From NCBI GenBank assembly GCA_024650005.2, contig CP122380.1:160001-224000 (forward strand): a DNA stretch of 64,000 nt. Direction: 5' to 3'. Positions within the stretch are counted from its first letter, which is position 1. Every line of letters starts with the position of its first letter. Under the pieces are notes generated by a model. It saw only the letters and a program-made list of their open reading frames with translations, had not been told where the DNA came from and did not search any database. The position numbers and the translations under genes were made by a program. Origin of the DNA: Candidatus Bathyarchaeum tardum. Its GTDB lineage: Archaea; Thermoproteota; Bathyarchaeia; Bathyarchaeales; Bathyarchaeaceae. Below are positions 41,103-51,178 of the stretch, piece after piece.

Positions 41103-41201
41103 AACTTTTCAGAATTTCCCCTTGTTGTTTGAGCACTCAATGATGGTTAGGCTGGCAAGGCAATGCTTTAATAAATGTTGTATTTTATCATGTGTGCTTA
41201 T

Positions 41202-41276
41202 GGGCTTGTAGCTCAGTACGGCTGGAGCGTTCGGCTGATAACCGAAAGGTCGAGAGTTCAAATCTCTCCAGGCCCA
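41202..41276 (+). tRNA. tRNA-Ile(GAU), no intron, CCA not encoded
   Basis: GGGCTTG/CAGGCCC acceptor, TTCGG-CTGATAA-CCGAA anticodon arm, GTTCAAATC T-loop. Confidence 0.95.
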
Positions 41277-41318
41277 CTTTTCAATTCACCTGGTCCACTT
41301 TAAAATTTTTTTTAGTGG

Positions 41319-41606
41319 TTATTTGCGTTTACGGAAGAGCATGATTTCTTCGGGTGTGGTGCAGACGTATTCGAATCCGTTTTCTATTAGTTGTCTTGCT
41401 TCTTCGCTGTTTTTGGTTGCTTTAGATGTGTAGTCGTCTCCTTTGAAGTCGACGAGCTGGGTGTATTTTAGCGTGTTCATGATGTTTTTGTGTCCCAGCA
41501 TGTTCATGACGTGGAGAATGTCCTTTGTTTTATGATACTCCATGGTGGCTTTCCAGTGCCTGAATGTATTGAAGTGTATTTGTTTTAATCGTGGATTTTG
41601 TAGTTT
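41319..41606 (-). pseudogene. Tyrosine integrase/recombinase C-terminal remnant
   Basis: KLQNPRLKQIHFNTFRHWKATMEYHKTKDILHVMNMLGHKNIMNTLKYT carries the RH, LGH and catalytic Y motifs; preceded by an in-frame TGA, N-terminus missing; adjacent to the tRNA 3' end. Confidence 0.85.
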
Positions 41607-42268
41607 TCAATGGAGACTTGCTTTGTTTAAGCGGGCTTTCTGAATGATTTCGATTATTGTTTTGCATAGAATTTTAATTATATTAGAAGTAGTCCTTCTC
41701 CACAGTAATTTTACGACTACTTCTCAAATGTCTTGAAAAAAGCTCTATTTATTGAATAGGGCATTTTTTGGGAGCTAATGAGTTGTCAGGGTCTAAGACA
41801 AGCTTTCTAGTGACTTAACACTCTTGTAACTTTCCGTTCGCGAAAATCATGATGTTCTAACACTTCAAATTCCCCCAATTCGAAACCTAAACCCATCTCA
41901 AACCGAAGTATATTACCTGCAATCAAAGAGAACACGAAAAAATCGACAGAAACCTAATTCTTCTAACCCTGAAAAGCTTGGAAAATGCAGCAGTCACCTT
42001 TATCGCCCCCACAAGTCAACTAGAAGTAGTAGTAATCACTAGTGAAAAAATGGAGTCATTACAACTTCTAAAATTAATATATCAAATTGTTGATCCTCCA
42101 TCTTTGGAAGACCGTTAATTAGCCTCTGCTTTCAGGATTATTAAGATTATATGCCTCTTTTTGGGCTGCAATATTAAAAAAATCTAAAAGCACTCCCCGA
42201 AAAACTTTAAATATTTTTAATTTTATATGCCATAAAAAGGATAACTGTATTAAAAAACGTGAAAACAT

Positions 42269-43084
42269 ATGGTAACAAAAATCGAATCCCTGTATAATGC
42301 CCTTCTTCCAATTAAAGTTGTAAACTTCAATGACATCCTAGAGAAAGCCACAGCCATTATTGAAACTAACCCTGAACGCAAATATGTTTACCGCAAATAT
42401 GTAAGGAGTTTAATCAAAAAAGGCAAGCTTCAGAGGATTAGAAGAGGCTTATACATAGTTTTGTCTCCCCTTGAAGAACCAAAAAGACACATAATCGATA
42501 AACTTCTAATTGCGTCCAAAATCAAGGACGAATACTACCTAGGTTTTCATACCGCCCTTGAATACTATGGTTGCGCCAGTTCGTTTTACAATGAAGCCTA
42601 CATCTGTATAAAAGCAAAAGACCGATTTGATCCTTTCAAATACAAAAGATTCAGCTTCAAACCCGTATTTGTAGCTGATACTAACACCGAAGTTGAACAA
42701 AAAAAATACAAAACAACCACAATAACCGTTAGCAGTAAAGAAAAAACATTCATTGACTGCATCGACAAAATTCAATACGCGGGAGGATGGGAAGAAGCCA
42801 TCAAAAGCCTTGAAGGACTGGGAGGAATAAATATAGAAAAACTATTGAGCCATCTCTACACCTACGACAAAGACATACTATACAGAAGAGTAGGCTACGT
42901 CTTAGAGCTCCTAAAAAACAGATCACAATTCTATGAAGACATAAACGAACAACTGTTAGTTGAACTTAAAAAGCGAATATCAGGTCCACCCCGATACCTG
43001 ATAAACACTAAAGAAGGAACTCTTGACAGAAGATGGCAACTGTATATTCCAGAAGATTTTCAAGAAAAATTACGAGGGATTTAA
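42269..43084 (+). CDS. abiEi: Type IV TA antitoxin / AbiEi-family transcriptional regulator
   Basis: wHTH LIKKGKLQRIRRGLY; YLGFHTALEYYG; VSSKEKTFIDC; RRVGYVLE. Confidence 0.88.
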   Translation: MVTKIESLYNALLPIKVVNFNDILEKATAIIETNPERKYVYRKYVRSLIKKGKLQRIRRGLYIVLSPLEEPKRHIIDKLLIASKIKDEYYLGFHTALEYYGCASSFYNEAYICIKAKDRFDPFKYKRFSFKPVFVADTNTEVEQKKYKTTTITVSSKEKTFIDCIDKIQYAGGWEEAIKSLEGLGGINIEKLLSHLYTYDKDILYRRVGYVLELLKNRSQFYEDINEQLLVELKKRISGPPRYLINTKEGTLDRRWQLYIPEDFQEKLRGI

Positions 43085-44048
43085 ACTGAAAAGAGATTAC
43101 GACCTAGACGAACTGGCACGCAGTCACGGCTTTGACGTTCGGCAGATTGAAAAAGTATGCAGAATTTCTGATGTCCTAGAAGATATTTCAGCCATAAAAT
43201 TCCTAAGAGACCGACTCTCCCTTTACGGTGGAACCGCACTTACATTTATTCACTCTGAAAAGATAACTCGACTTTCTGTCGATTTAGATTTCAACTATCG
43301 GGACTTGGACGAAAAAGACTGGGGTGAAACCCGAAAAGACATCGACACGAAAATGAAAGAACTGCTTTACAGGCAAAAATATAACCGCTCTCACCTAGCT
43401 ATAAATGCAAGTTACCCCTTAGCGAGAATTACTGTAAGCTATATCAACACCCTTGGAACAAATGACAACTTCAAACTCGAAATAGGATACATGCGCAGAA
43501 CACCCATCCTCAAAACCGAATCAATTGAAGAATTCCGGCATATAGGCACACAAGAAACATATCCAATAAAAACTCCAACAAAAGAAGAACTCTTCGCAAA
43601 CAAATGGTGTACCCTTCTTTACCGAGGAACACCAAGAGATCTCTTCGATGTCTACCAAATATCCAAAAACAAAATAAATTTTGAAACATTCCGAAAATGC
43701 TCCATTGTAGACAGCTTAATGCGCGGAAAAACAGAAATCCATAAACTTAACATAGAAAAAATACTTGAACCAATAAACTTGGACTCCAACCTAAGAAACG
43801 TATTACAGACAGAGATGCTTTCAAAACTAGACATCAACGAAATGAAAGAAAAAGTCAAAGAATTCAGCCAAAAAACACTAGAAACATTAACACAAAATGA
43901 AATTAAAGCAATTGACCACTTTAACCGACTACAACAATTCGAACCAAGCTTAATCGATGAAAAAAGAATCTTTCACCCCAACATAAAAAACCACCCTGGC
44001 ATACAACGATCACTACAAAAACTATCAACAAATAAAAAACAAACTTAA
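43023..44048 (+). CDS. abiEii: AbiEii/AbiGii-family nucleotidyltransferase toxin; true start probably near 43086
   Basis: GGTAL, RLSVDLDF, ANKW..L..RGTPRDLFDV motifs. Confidence 0.9.
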   Translation: MTEDGNCIFQKIFKKNYEGFKLKRDYDLDELARSHGFDVRQIEKVCRISDVLEDISAIKFLRDRLSLYGGTALTFIHSEKITRLSVDLDFNYRDLDEKDWGETRKDIDTKMKELLYRQKYNRSHLAINASYPLARITVSYINTLGTNDNFKLEIGYMRRTPILKTESIEEFRHIGTQETYPIKTPTKEELFANKWCTLLYRGTPRDLFDVYQISKNKINFETFRKCSIVDSLMRGKTEIHKLNIEKILEPINLDSNLRNVLQTEMLSKLDINEMKEKVKEFSQKTLETLTQNEIKAIDHFNRLQQFEPSLIDEKRIFHPNIKNHPGIQRSLQKLSTNKKQT

Positions 44049-44136
44049 ACAATTCAAAAAAAGGGGAATTGCAGGAGGATGCTTCCACCAATAGCTTACG
44101 GGGTTGAATTCAAATTTCTTATATCGGCTTTTATTT

Positions 44137-44535
44137 TTATTTTTGATTTGCTGGTTTCAAAGTGTTTATTGGCGATGAATTATAGTTAGGTATCTCTTTT
44201 GTTACTTCAATAGTGAAACCTGATTTTTCTAAACTGTTTTTTATTCGATTAACATATGCGCCGTGGGTTCCCCAAGAAAGTTCAAGAACTCCTGAGGATC
44301 CTGCAAAGGATATGAGTTCCAGATTTGTTTCAGATGGGCTTGTTTCTTTTATGATTATAAATATTGCTGCATTGCTGTTTGCCCTGATGTAGTATGATTC
44401 CCCTAAAATTACTGCAATTTTTCCTTCTGAACTGTTCCATTTTTCGTTGTGGATGCTGCCGAAATATTTCGTCATATGCTGAGTAATTTGTTCAAATGAA
44501 CTTGATACTTTGCATAACATGTAATGAGCTGTCAA
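44137..44535 (-). CDS. Hypothetical protein (DUF6054-like)
   Basis: ESYYIRANSNAA...LISFAGSSG pattern recalled from the family; not verified. Confidence 0.55.
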   Translation of the reverse strand: MTAHYMLCKVSSSFEQITQHMTKYFGSIHNEKWNSSEGKIAVILGESYYIRANSNAAIFIIIKETSPSETNLELISFAGSSGVLELSWGTHGAYVNRIKNSLEKSGFTIEVTKEIPNYNSSPINTLKPANQK

Positions 44536-44597
44536 TTATTTTCTACCTATTAATGCTTGGATTATTAGATATTAAAACTCTTTTGAATAAAAAATGT

Positions 44598-45575
44598 CTA
44601 GATCCGCGTCATTTCATTGATTGGGATCAAGCAATGTGAAGCAAAAGTAATGTTATGTTTTTCTTCTTCTGCCATGACTGCTCCGGGTACGATGCCGCCG
44701 ACCATGCATATGCCGAATCTGTCCATGCTTACAGGTATCCCAAGTACCGGCTCGTTGGGTTCTCCTAAAACAAGAACCCCGCCCCAGCCTTTCTTTTGCT
44801 GTTCTTCAATAATTTTAATTGTTTTTTCCCTTGCTTCACAAGGAACTTCTCGTATAGTTGCCAATAACATGCCTGAACCTGTTTTTAGCATCCTTGAGAT
44901 TGATGTCATTTTTCTATGAACAAATACTTCCAGCGGAGGAATTGTTGTTCCTTCATACGAGATTATTTCTACAAATCTGATTGGTTTATGATTTACTACT
45001 TGAACAAGTCCCCCATACTTGAAAAACAGGGGAATCCCCGAATGAATCATTATGCTATCTAAGGTTAAGTTACAAACAGTAAAAAGGGCAATTTTGTCCT
45101 TAGGGACAGAAATGTCGTAGTATTCCTCTTTTTCTTTAATTACTTTGATGTATGGTGCTGAAAGGAGATTCATGTATTGAAGTGCGTTCATGGTTTTTAC
45201 TGTTTTGTCTTGAAGATTTTTGTTTAGCACCGACACGTTTGCGATTACTGTTCCTTTGTCTGTTGTTGGGTTATATGTTGCTGCGTATGCTAAGGACATA
45301 AAACGGGTGGTGGTGAAACCTAGCCTTTGAGTAGCCAGAGAACGGCTCAACTCTTCAAGACCCTTGTTTGTTATTGATCTTCCTTTTCGGTCATGCCCTA
45401 ATACGAAGCCTTTTGCTTCTAAAAGTTGAAGATGATATCTTACTGTTCTTTCGCTCAGGAGAAAACCTCTTTTTTTTAGTTCTCTTTTCAGCAAAGTTGA
45501 ACCCAACGGGTTACCAAACTCGCTTAAAATTCTTAATATTTCGATTTCTTTTCTAGCACTTTCTTTCTCCTGCAA
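44598..45575 (-). CDS. nrpR: Nitrogen regulator NrpR-family protein (wHTH + single NRD/DUF128 domain, NrpRI type)
   Basis: LSERTVRYHL, GRSITNKGLEEL, GTVIANVS, ISYEGTTIPPLEVF and VGGIVP motifs. Confidence 0.88.
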   Translation of the reverse strand: MQEKESARKEIEILRILSEFGNPLGSTLLKRELKKRGFLLSERTVRYHLQLLEAKGFVLGHDRKGRSITNKGLEELSRSLATQRLGFTTTRFMSLAYAATYNPTTDKGTVIANVSVLNKNLQDKTVKTMNALQYMNLLSAPYIKVIKEKEEYYDISVPKDKIALFTVCNLTLDSIMIHSGIPLFFKYGGLVQVVNHKPIRFVEIISYEGTTIPPLEVFVHRKMTSISRMLKTGSGMLLATIREVPCEAREKTIKIIEEQQKKGWGGVLVLGEPNEPVLGIPVSMDRFGICMVGGIVPGAVMAEEEKHNITFASHCLIPINEMTRI

Positions 45576-45650
45576 AATAAACCCACTTTTTTGTTAGAAA
45601 AAATTTCAAAAAGCAAGGGACAAACTGTCCCCATTTTTTTATTTGTTTTT

Positions 45651-46898
45651 TTAAATCATTCCTCGGATTTTCATGGCTTCGATTACTCGATTTACTGCGA
45701 CTACATATGCAGCTTGTCTCATGTTCACGCCATATTTTTTAGCAGAATCTAAGACCTCATGATATGCTTTGCTCATTTTTGTTGCTAATCTTTCATGGAT
45801 TGTTTCCAAGTTCCAGTAATACATTGAAGCGTTTTGTACCATCTCGAAATATGAAACAGTTACTCCTCCTGCGTTACACAAGAAATCAGGTATTAGGTGA
45901 ACTCCGTTTTTGTACAAAATTTCATCTGCTTCTGGTGTAGTTGGTCCATTAGCTAGTTCAGCTAAAACTTTAGCTTTGATGCGCGAGGCGTTTTCAGCAG
46001 TAATTATGTTTTCTAGGGATGCTGCAATTAAGATATCTACATCAAGTTCGAGTAGTTCTTCACCCGAAATTGTTTGAGTATTTGGAGAATTTACAACTGA
46101 ACAAGTTTCTGCTTTGCATGTGCAAATACTGTCAAGGTCAAGGCCATTCTTGTTATATACTCCACCTTTAGAGTCGCTTACTGCCACAACATTTGCGCCA
46201 AAAAATTCTTTACTTAAAAGTGCAGCATAGCAACCTGCGTTGCCGTAACCATGTATTGCTATAGTGGCTTTTTTCATGTCTATGCCCAATTCTTTTGCAG
46301 CTTCTCGAATAGTGTACATTCCACCTCGAGCAGTTGCATCGTCGCGTCCGCAGGAACCTCCAACACATATTGGTTTTCCTGTGATACAGCCAAAAGTATT
46401 GTTTCCTGTAATTTTTGCGTATTCATCCATCATCCATGCCATAGTTTGGGAGTTTGTATATACGTCTGGAGCAGGCACGTCTTTTTGGGGTCCAATAAAT
46501 TGCCAAATACTTTTGATGTATGACCTGCTTAAACGTTCTAGTTCATTTTTGCTCATCTCTTTTGGATTGCATATAATTCCGCCTTTTCCTCCGCCCAGTG
46601 GCAAATCTAAAAGGGAACATTTCCAGGTCATCCATGCTGCTAAGGCCCTGACTGTGTCTACTGTTTCTTCAGGATGAAAACGAATGCCACCTTTTGTAGG
46701 GCCTAGCGCGTCATTATATTGAACACGAAATCCTTGGAACACTTTGGTTTTGCCGTTATCCATTCTAACTGGGATTGATACGTGTAGTTCGCGCATAGGA
46801 TGACTCAGTATTTCATAAACGTCACTATCTAACTTGAGTATCTTTGCACAATCATTTAGTTGCTTTCGTGCAATTTCAAATGAGTTTTCGTTTGCCAT
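45651..46898 (-). CDS. gdhA: Glutamate dehydrogenase (Glu/Leu/Phe/Val dehydrogenase family)
   Basis: GPTKGGIRF, LPLGGGKGG, DVPAPDV and NAGGVTVSYFE motifs. Confidence 0.96.
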   Translation of the reverse strand: MANENSFEIARKQLNDCAKILKLDSDVYEILSHPMRELHVSIPVRMDNGKTKVFQGFRVQYNDALGPTKGGIRFHPEETVDTVRALAAWMTWKCSLLDLPLGGGKGGIICNPKEMSKNELERLSRSYIKSIWQFIGPQKDVPAPDVYTNSQTMAWMMDEYAKITGNNTFGCITGKPICVGGSCGRDDATARGGMYTIREAAKELGIDMKKATIAIHGYGNAGCYAALLSKEFFGANVVAVSDSKGGVYNKNGLDLDSICTCKAETCSVVNSPNTQTISGEELLELDVDILIAASLENIITAENASRIKAKVLAELANGPTTPEADEILYKNGVHLIPDFLCNAGGVTVSYFEMVQNASMYYWNLETIHERLATKMSKAYHEVLDSAKKYGVNMRQAAYVVAVNRVIEAMKIRGMI

Positions 46899-46914
46899 TT
46901 TTTAACACCGATAA

Positions 46915-47247
46915 CTAGTTTGTGTGCGCCGAATGATTGGCGACTTTTTTTATGCTTTTGAAACTTAGTGAAGTTTCTACAGGGAAGTCTGTTGGGAATG
47001 TTATTTCGTATACGTCGGCTGTGTTGCAGTTTTCACATTTCAGCGGTCTCCATCTGCATGCAAAACAGTTTTCGGATTCCATGCCGATGCGAAGGCATAT
47101 GTCTTCACATCCTTCTTTGCGTCCAACAATTACTCCAACAAATTCGATCCATGTTTTTCCACAATGAATGCAGGTGAACCTTTTTTTGATCAGTTTGCCT
47201 GTTTTTTTTCTGTTTTCTATCTCCTTGATTACCTCGGTAATTTCCAA
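46915..47247 (-). CDS. Cys-rich putative zinc-binding protein
   Basis: CIHC, CEDIC, CFAC and CENC motifs; first gene of the apparent gdh operon. Confidence 0.65.
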   Translation of the reverse strand: MEITEVIKEIENRKKTGKLIKKRFTCIHCGKTWIEFVGVIVGRKEGCEDICLRIGMESENCFACRWRPLKCENCNTADVYEITFPTDFPVETSLSFKSIKKVANHSAHTN

Positions 47248-47469
47248 GAGAGCATCCCCACGTTATAAGGCTATTTAGTGAATATTTATGTATTTTGTTC
47301 GTTTATTACATTTTAAAACTGACATTATAAGATAAAATTGTGTAAATATTATATTTTGTCAACGTCTGTAAAAATTACACATATTCAGTCGACATTTTAA
47401 GATTTTTCTTCTAAAATGGTATAATTTAAAAACACTGATGTGTTATCTTTCAACAAAGAAGGGCATATT

Positions 47470-47949
47470 ATGGCTAATAAATTAAAAGTTGATTTGATTG
47501 ACCGTAAACTGATTAGAGCCCTACAAAAAGACGCACGTACAAATTTTGCAGATATTGCTAAAGACTGTGACGTGTCAACAGACACAATCAGCAAACGATT
47601 CAGAAAATTGAAAACCGCTGGCATCATAAAAGGAACCACTATACTTTTGAATCCAAAAAGTTTTGGAAATGAATGTGTAGGAAGCTTTGGGGTTGACGTC
47701 AGCTATCCACATTTGAAGACTGTTGTTGAAACAATACAAAAAATACCTGAAGTTGTTATTTGTACTACTTCAATGGGTAAGCATGACATTTTTTGTATAG
47801 CTGTTCTCAAAAATGTTGGGCGCCTAAGTCAAGTAAAAGACTTGATCAAAGGGCACCCTGCGGTAAGGGAAGTTACAACAAGCATCTGGGTTGAGGAAAT
47901 ATTGCTTTGCCCCGAAAATTTTGAATTTCAAAAATTAGGGATGCAGTGA
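47470..47949 (+). CDS. Lrp/AsnC transcriptional regulator
   Basis: DLIDRKLIRALQKDARTNFADIAK...GIIKG; C-terminal RAM domain. Confidence 0.92.
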   Translation: MANKLKVDLIDRKLIRALQKDARTNFADIAKDCDVSTDTISKRFRKLKTAGIIKGTTILLNPKSFGNECVGSFGVDVSYPHLKTVVETIQKIPEVVICTTSMGKHDIFCIAVLKNVGRLSQVKDLIKGHPAVREVTTSIWVEEILLCPENFEFQKLGMQ

Positions 47950-48431
47950 ACAAAATGGATAAAACTGATTCAACAATAATTAATTTATTGACTGTAGATG
48001 CTCGGACCTCTTTTCGAAAAATTGCCCGGGAGCTTGGGGTTTCTCCTGATACTGTAATATGCAGATACAAAGCGCTACAAGAGCAAGGTGTAATTCGTGG
48101 GTCAACTGTAGTTCTTGATCCAAAAAAAATTGGTTACAAGGGGATGGCTGCATTTATGATCGACACTTCCCCTACAAATATTATCGCAACAGAAGCAACG
48201 CCCCCTGAAGAATTGTCCCATATTTTAGAAACATTGATCAAAATGCCCGACGTGATTCTGGCTACAAAGACAGTTGGCGACCATGATATGCTGGCTATCG
48301 CTGTAATCAAAGATGTTGAACATCTAATTGAGACCGGCGGGAACATTGCTAAGATATCTGGAGTAAAAGATTTGCAGGTATCTTTTTGGGTTGAAAAAGC
48401 AGAGCTTCATCCAAAATATTTCATAATTTAA
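47946..48431 (+). CDS. Lrp/AsnC transcriptional regulator (tandem paralog)
   Basis: DARTSFRKIARELGVSPDTV...GVIRG...DPKKIGY. Confidence 0.92.
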   Translation: MNKMDKTDSTIINLLTVDARTSFRKIARELGVSPDTVICRYKALQEQGVIRGSTVVLDPKKIGYKGMAAFMIDTSPTNIIATEATPPEELSHILETLIKMPDVILATKTVGDHDMLAIAVIKDVEHLIETGGNIAKISGVKDLQVSFWVEKAELHPKYFII

Positions 48432-48452
48432 ACCAAGGGATTTCCTTGGTTT
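48430..48452. terminator. Hairpin between the convergent Lrp and aldolase genes
   Basis: AAACCAAGG-GATTT-CCTTGGTTT. Confidence 0.55.
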
Positions 48453-48500
48453 CTAAATTATGAGTAACAAATTTCATGTTTCAAAGCGTTGTAGGAAAAT

Positions 48501-49778
48501 TTACTGTTGTTTACAGTATTTTTCTACTAATGTTTTTGTGTTTACCACGTTGAGTTGTTTGAATAGGAACTCAAATTGTTTTTCTACTTCTGTTGCGATG
48601 GTTGTTCGGGTTTGTTGAGGTAATGCCATGATCTCTTTTTTGAATTGTCCAAAAGCTTTTTTGCGGGTTTTGTAGATGAATTGTTCTTCGGTTTGGTCTT
48701 CTTTGCGTTCGTTTGCAAGGTTTGCTTTGAGCCAAGTGTACATTTTTTGTTTTAGGTCTTCCGGGAACTGTTTTGATTCATAAATTATGTTCTGGAAAGC
48801 CGTGGCTAAATGGACTTCTGCGGTTTCGCATTCAACAAATTTGTGGAACGCTTCTGGTGGCAGGGTTGATGCTCCATGTTGGACTGCTCCTGCCATTCCG
48901 TATTCTTTGCGAGCTTTTTCAGAGAGAGTTTTCAGTGTGTCAAAGTCAAGCTTGATTTTGGCTATTGAACCATCGGGTAAAACAACTCCGCCGTGGGTTG
49001 TTCCAGTTTGAATTGAAATCTTGCTGATTCCTGTTACATCTTTTCCTAGTTGGCTTTCTAGACCATTCATGTATGCTTTGAGGTCTTCAGGTGTGGAGTT
49101 TTGGGTTCCGATTTCGCCGATTTCTCCTCCTACAGAAATGGTAACGCCTTTTGGTTCTATGTTTCGAATAAACTGGGTAAGTTTTGCACAAACTTCATAA
49201 TTCAAACGTTGCTGTTCTGTTAATGTTGGTTTGGATAAGTCCACAAGGGTTGATGAGTCTATGTCAATGTTGTAAAACCCTGCGTTGATGGCGTCTGTAA
49301 TTAGGTTTTTTACGCCTTGGATTTCTTTGTCTGGGTTTTCTTTGAATTTGTCAGCTTTTACTTGGAAGTGGTCTCCTTGGATGAAAACTGGTCCTGAATA
49401 GTTTTCTTTTATTGCAGCTGCCAAAACCATGGCTGCAAATTCAACTGGGGGTTGATTAGTGTAGCCAATTTCTGATTTTGCAATCTCAAAAATGAAAGCG
49501 CCTGCGCTGTGTTTTTTGGCTACTCGAAATATTGCACAAGCCAAATCGTAGGTCATGGTTCTTAGATTCATGGCTGGAACCGTGAATCCTTCAAACTTGT
49601 TTCTGCCCCGAGCCATATAAAATTCATGAATACTTGCGGGGTAAATTCCATTTTCTTTTGCTAGGTCAAGAATTTGTTTTGCGATTTTTTGTTTTTCATC
49701 CATGTTGTCGGTCATGACCAACTGGGTTATAGTTTTTTCGATATCAAAAGATTTGGAGTCCATAACACACGCCGCCAT
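48501..49778 (-). CDS. Class II fructose-bisphosphate aldolase family protein
   Basis: FTVPAMN, IQGDH, GGEIGEIG, GTTHG and VQHGAS metal-binding motifs. Confidence 0.85.
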   Translation of the reverse strand: MAACVMDSKSFDIEKTITQLVMTDNMDEKQKIAKQILDLAKENGIYPASIHEFYMARGRNKFEGFTVPAMNLRTMTYDLACAIFRVAKKHSAGAFIFEIAKSEIGYTNQPPVEFAAMVLAAAIKENYSGPVFIQGDHFQVKADKFKENPDKEIQGVKNLITDAINAGFYNIDIDSSTLVDLSKPTLTEQQRLNYEVCAKLTQFIRNIEPKGVTISVGGEIGEIGTQNSTPEDLKAYMNGLESQLGKDVTGISKISIQTGTTHGGVVLPDGSIAKIKLDFDTLKTLSEKARKEYGMAGAVQHGASTLPPEAFHKFVECETAEVHLATAFQNIIYESKQFPEDLKQKMYTWLKANLANERKEDQTEEQFIYKTRKKAFGQFKKEIMALPQQTRTTIATEVEKQFEFLFKQLNVVNTKTLVEKYCKQQ

Positions 49779-49887
49779 TTAATCAATGCTTACTACTATA
49801 ATTCTCTATTATTTGAATATTAAATCATGAAACGAGATGTTACGTTAAATTACATAATTTTAAAACCGTAGCTTTTTTATTTTCCGT

Positions 49888-49931
49888 AAAAAGGTTGTTT
49901 TCAACAATGAACCTCATTAGTATACATATCT
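49888..49931 (+). repeat. Dispersed ~47-bp intergenic repeat, copy C
   Basis: AAAAAGGTTGTTTTCAACAATGAACCTCATTAGTATACATATCT. Confidence 0.5.
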
Positions 49932-50002
49932 ATTCACGTCTGTTCAGAACTCGCCAGGCACGTTGATAGAAACAATCTCGATGTTTTTTGATAAACTCAT
50001 TT

Positions 50003-51178
50003 TCATTTAGCCTTTTTAAAAACCATTTTTATAACTAACAAAATAGTTCCTAAACCTAAAAACTCAAATAAAGTTAGGTTATTCTCTGGAATTGTTTTGA
50101 TGTCGATTTGTTTGGTTAGTGGGTGGTTGTCTTGGTTGTTTTCGTCTAGGATGTATGGGGTGTCGCCTATGTTATCGCCGTTTTCGTCTATTCCGTCGTA
50201 GTCACTCCAGTAATTGCCGATGGTGCTGTTATCCCATGCTACGATGTCGGTTCCTTTATTCGTTGGGTTATAGTTTCCATACTTTATTTCATGTGTACTT
50301 ATCTGCTGGGTGTTTCCGACAAGTAAGTTGCCAAAAAACTTGTTTCCTTCTCCCCTGATTGCCATTTCTCCTCCGACAGGAAATGTTAATAACCAAACTG
50401 CGATGCTGTTTTCTGAAATGTTGTTACCATACACTTCGGCATTTCGGCAGCCTTCGGCAAAGCGGATTGCCCAGTCGTTTTTTGTAAAATTGTTTCCGTA
50501 AACCGAGTACGGTCCATAATAAATCATGTTTAGACCGCCTTCGTTGCTGGAAATGTTGTTTTCGGTGACAGTTATGTAGTTGGATTGTCCAATGTTTATG
50601 CCATACGTGTTTTCAGTTATGTTATTTCCAATGATAACAATACTTTTTGTATCGTATCCTGAAATTCCAGTGCCACAATTTGTGATGTTATTGCCAGAAA
50701 TCAACACATTGTTTGCTCGCGGTCTAATTCCTTCAGAATTGTTTACAATGTTGTTGTTGATTATTTTGCAACCTGACGGATGTGGTTCACCACTGTAGTT
50801 CACAATTGTGATTGCCACTCGGCAGTCCGTTATTGTAAATCCTGAAATAGTAACATCAGGGGCCGCAACCCTGATTGCTGTACCCCCTCGAATGTTGCTG
50901 TAGTTTCCTTGAATCATTGTGTTTTTTGGATCTTCGCCAATAATGGACACTGTTTTATAGACAATAATTGACGCGTTCTCATCCACGGGATAAACTCCAT
51001 TTTTTACAAAAACTGTATCCCCGACGTTGGCTGCTATAATGGCGTCTTGAATTGAATCATAATCATCTGGAACAACAATGGTTTTTGTTTCAGCATTGAC
51101 TAATGGAAATTGTATGACAACTAACCAACTAGAACAAAAAAGCAAAAGCAGAATTAATCTTGAAGCATTTTTTGTCAC
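50003..51178 (-). CDS. Secreted NosD/CASH parallel beta-helix protein with PEF-CTERM-like anchor
   Basis: IVVPDDYDSIQDAI, Asn-rich beta-helix repeats, GNYWSDY..D.NGDNIGDTPY, IPE + TM + Lys tail. Confidence 0.88.
   Translation of the reverse strand: MTKNASRLILLLLFCSSWLVVIQFPLVNAETKTIVVPDDYDSIQDAIIAANVGDTVFVKNGVYPVDENASIIVYKTVSIIGEDPKNTMIQGNYSNIRGGTAIRVAAPDVTISGFTITDCRVAITIVNYSGEPHPSGCKIINNNIVNNSEGIRPRANNVLISGNNITNCGTGISGYDTKSIVIIGNNITENTYGINIGQSNYITVTENNISSNEGGLNMIYYGPYSVYGNNFTKNDWAIRFAEGCRNAEVYGNNISENSIAVWLLTFPVGGEMAIRGEGNKFFGNLLVGNTQQISTHEIKYGNYNPTNKGTDIVAWDNSTIGNYWSDYDGIDENGDNIGDTPYILDENNQDNHPLTKQIDIKTIPENNLTLFEFLGLGTILLVIKMVFKKAK

Larger units (their letters stand above)
41277..44100. mobile_element. 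Decayed tRNA-Ile-associated integrative islet (integrase remnant + AbiE toxin-antitoxin)
   Basis: Integrase fragment immediately after the tRNA followed by a type IV TA pair; right boundary uncertain. Confidence 0.6.
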
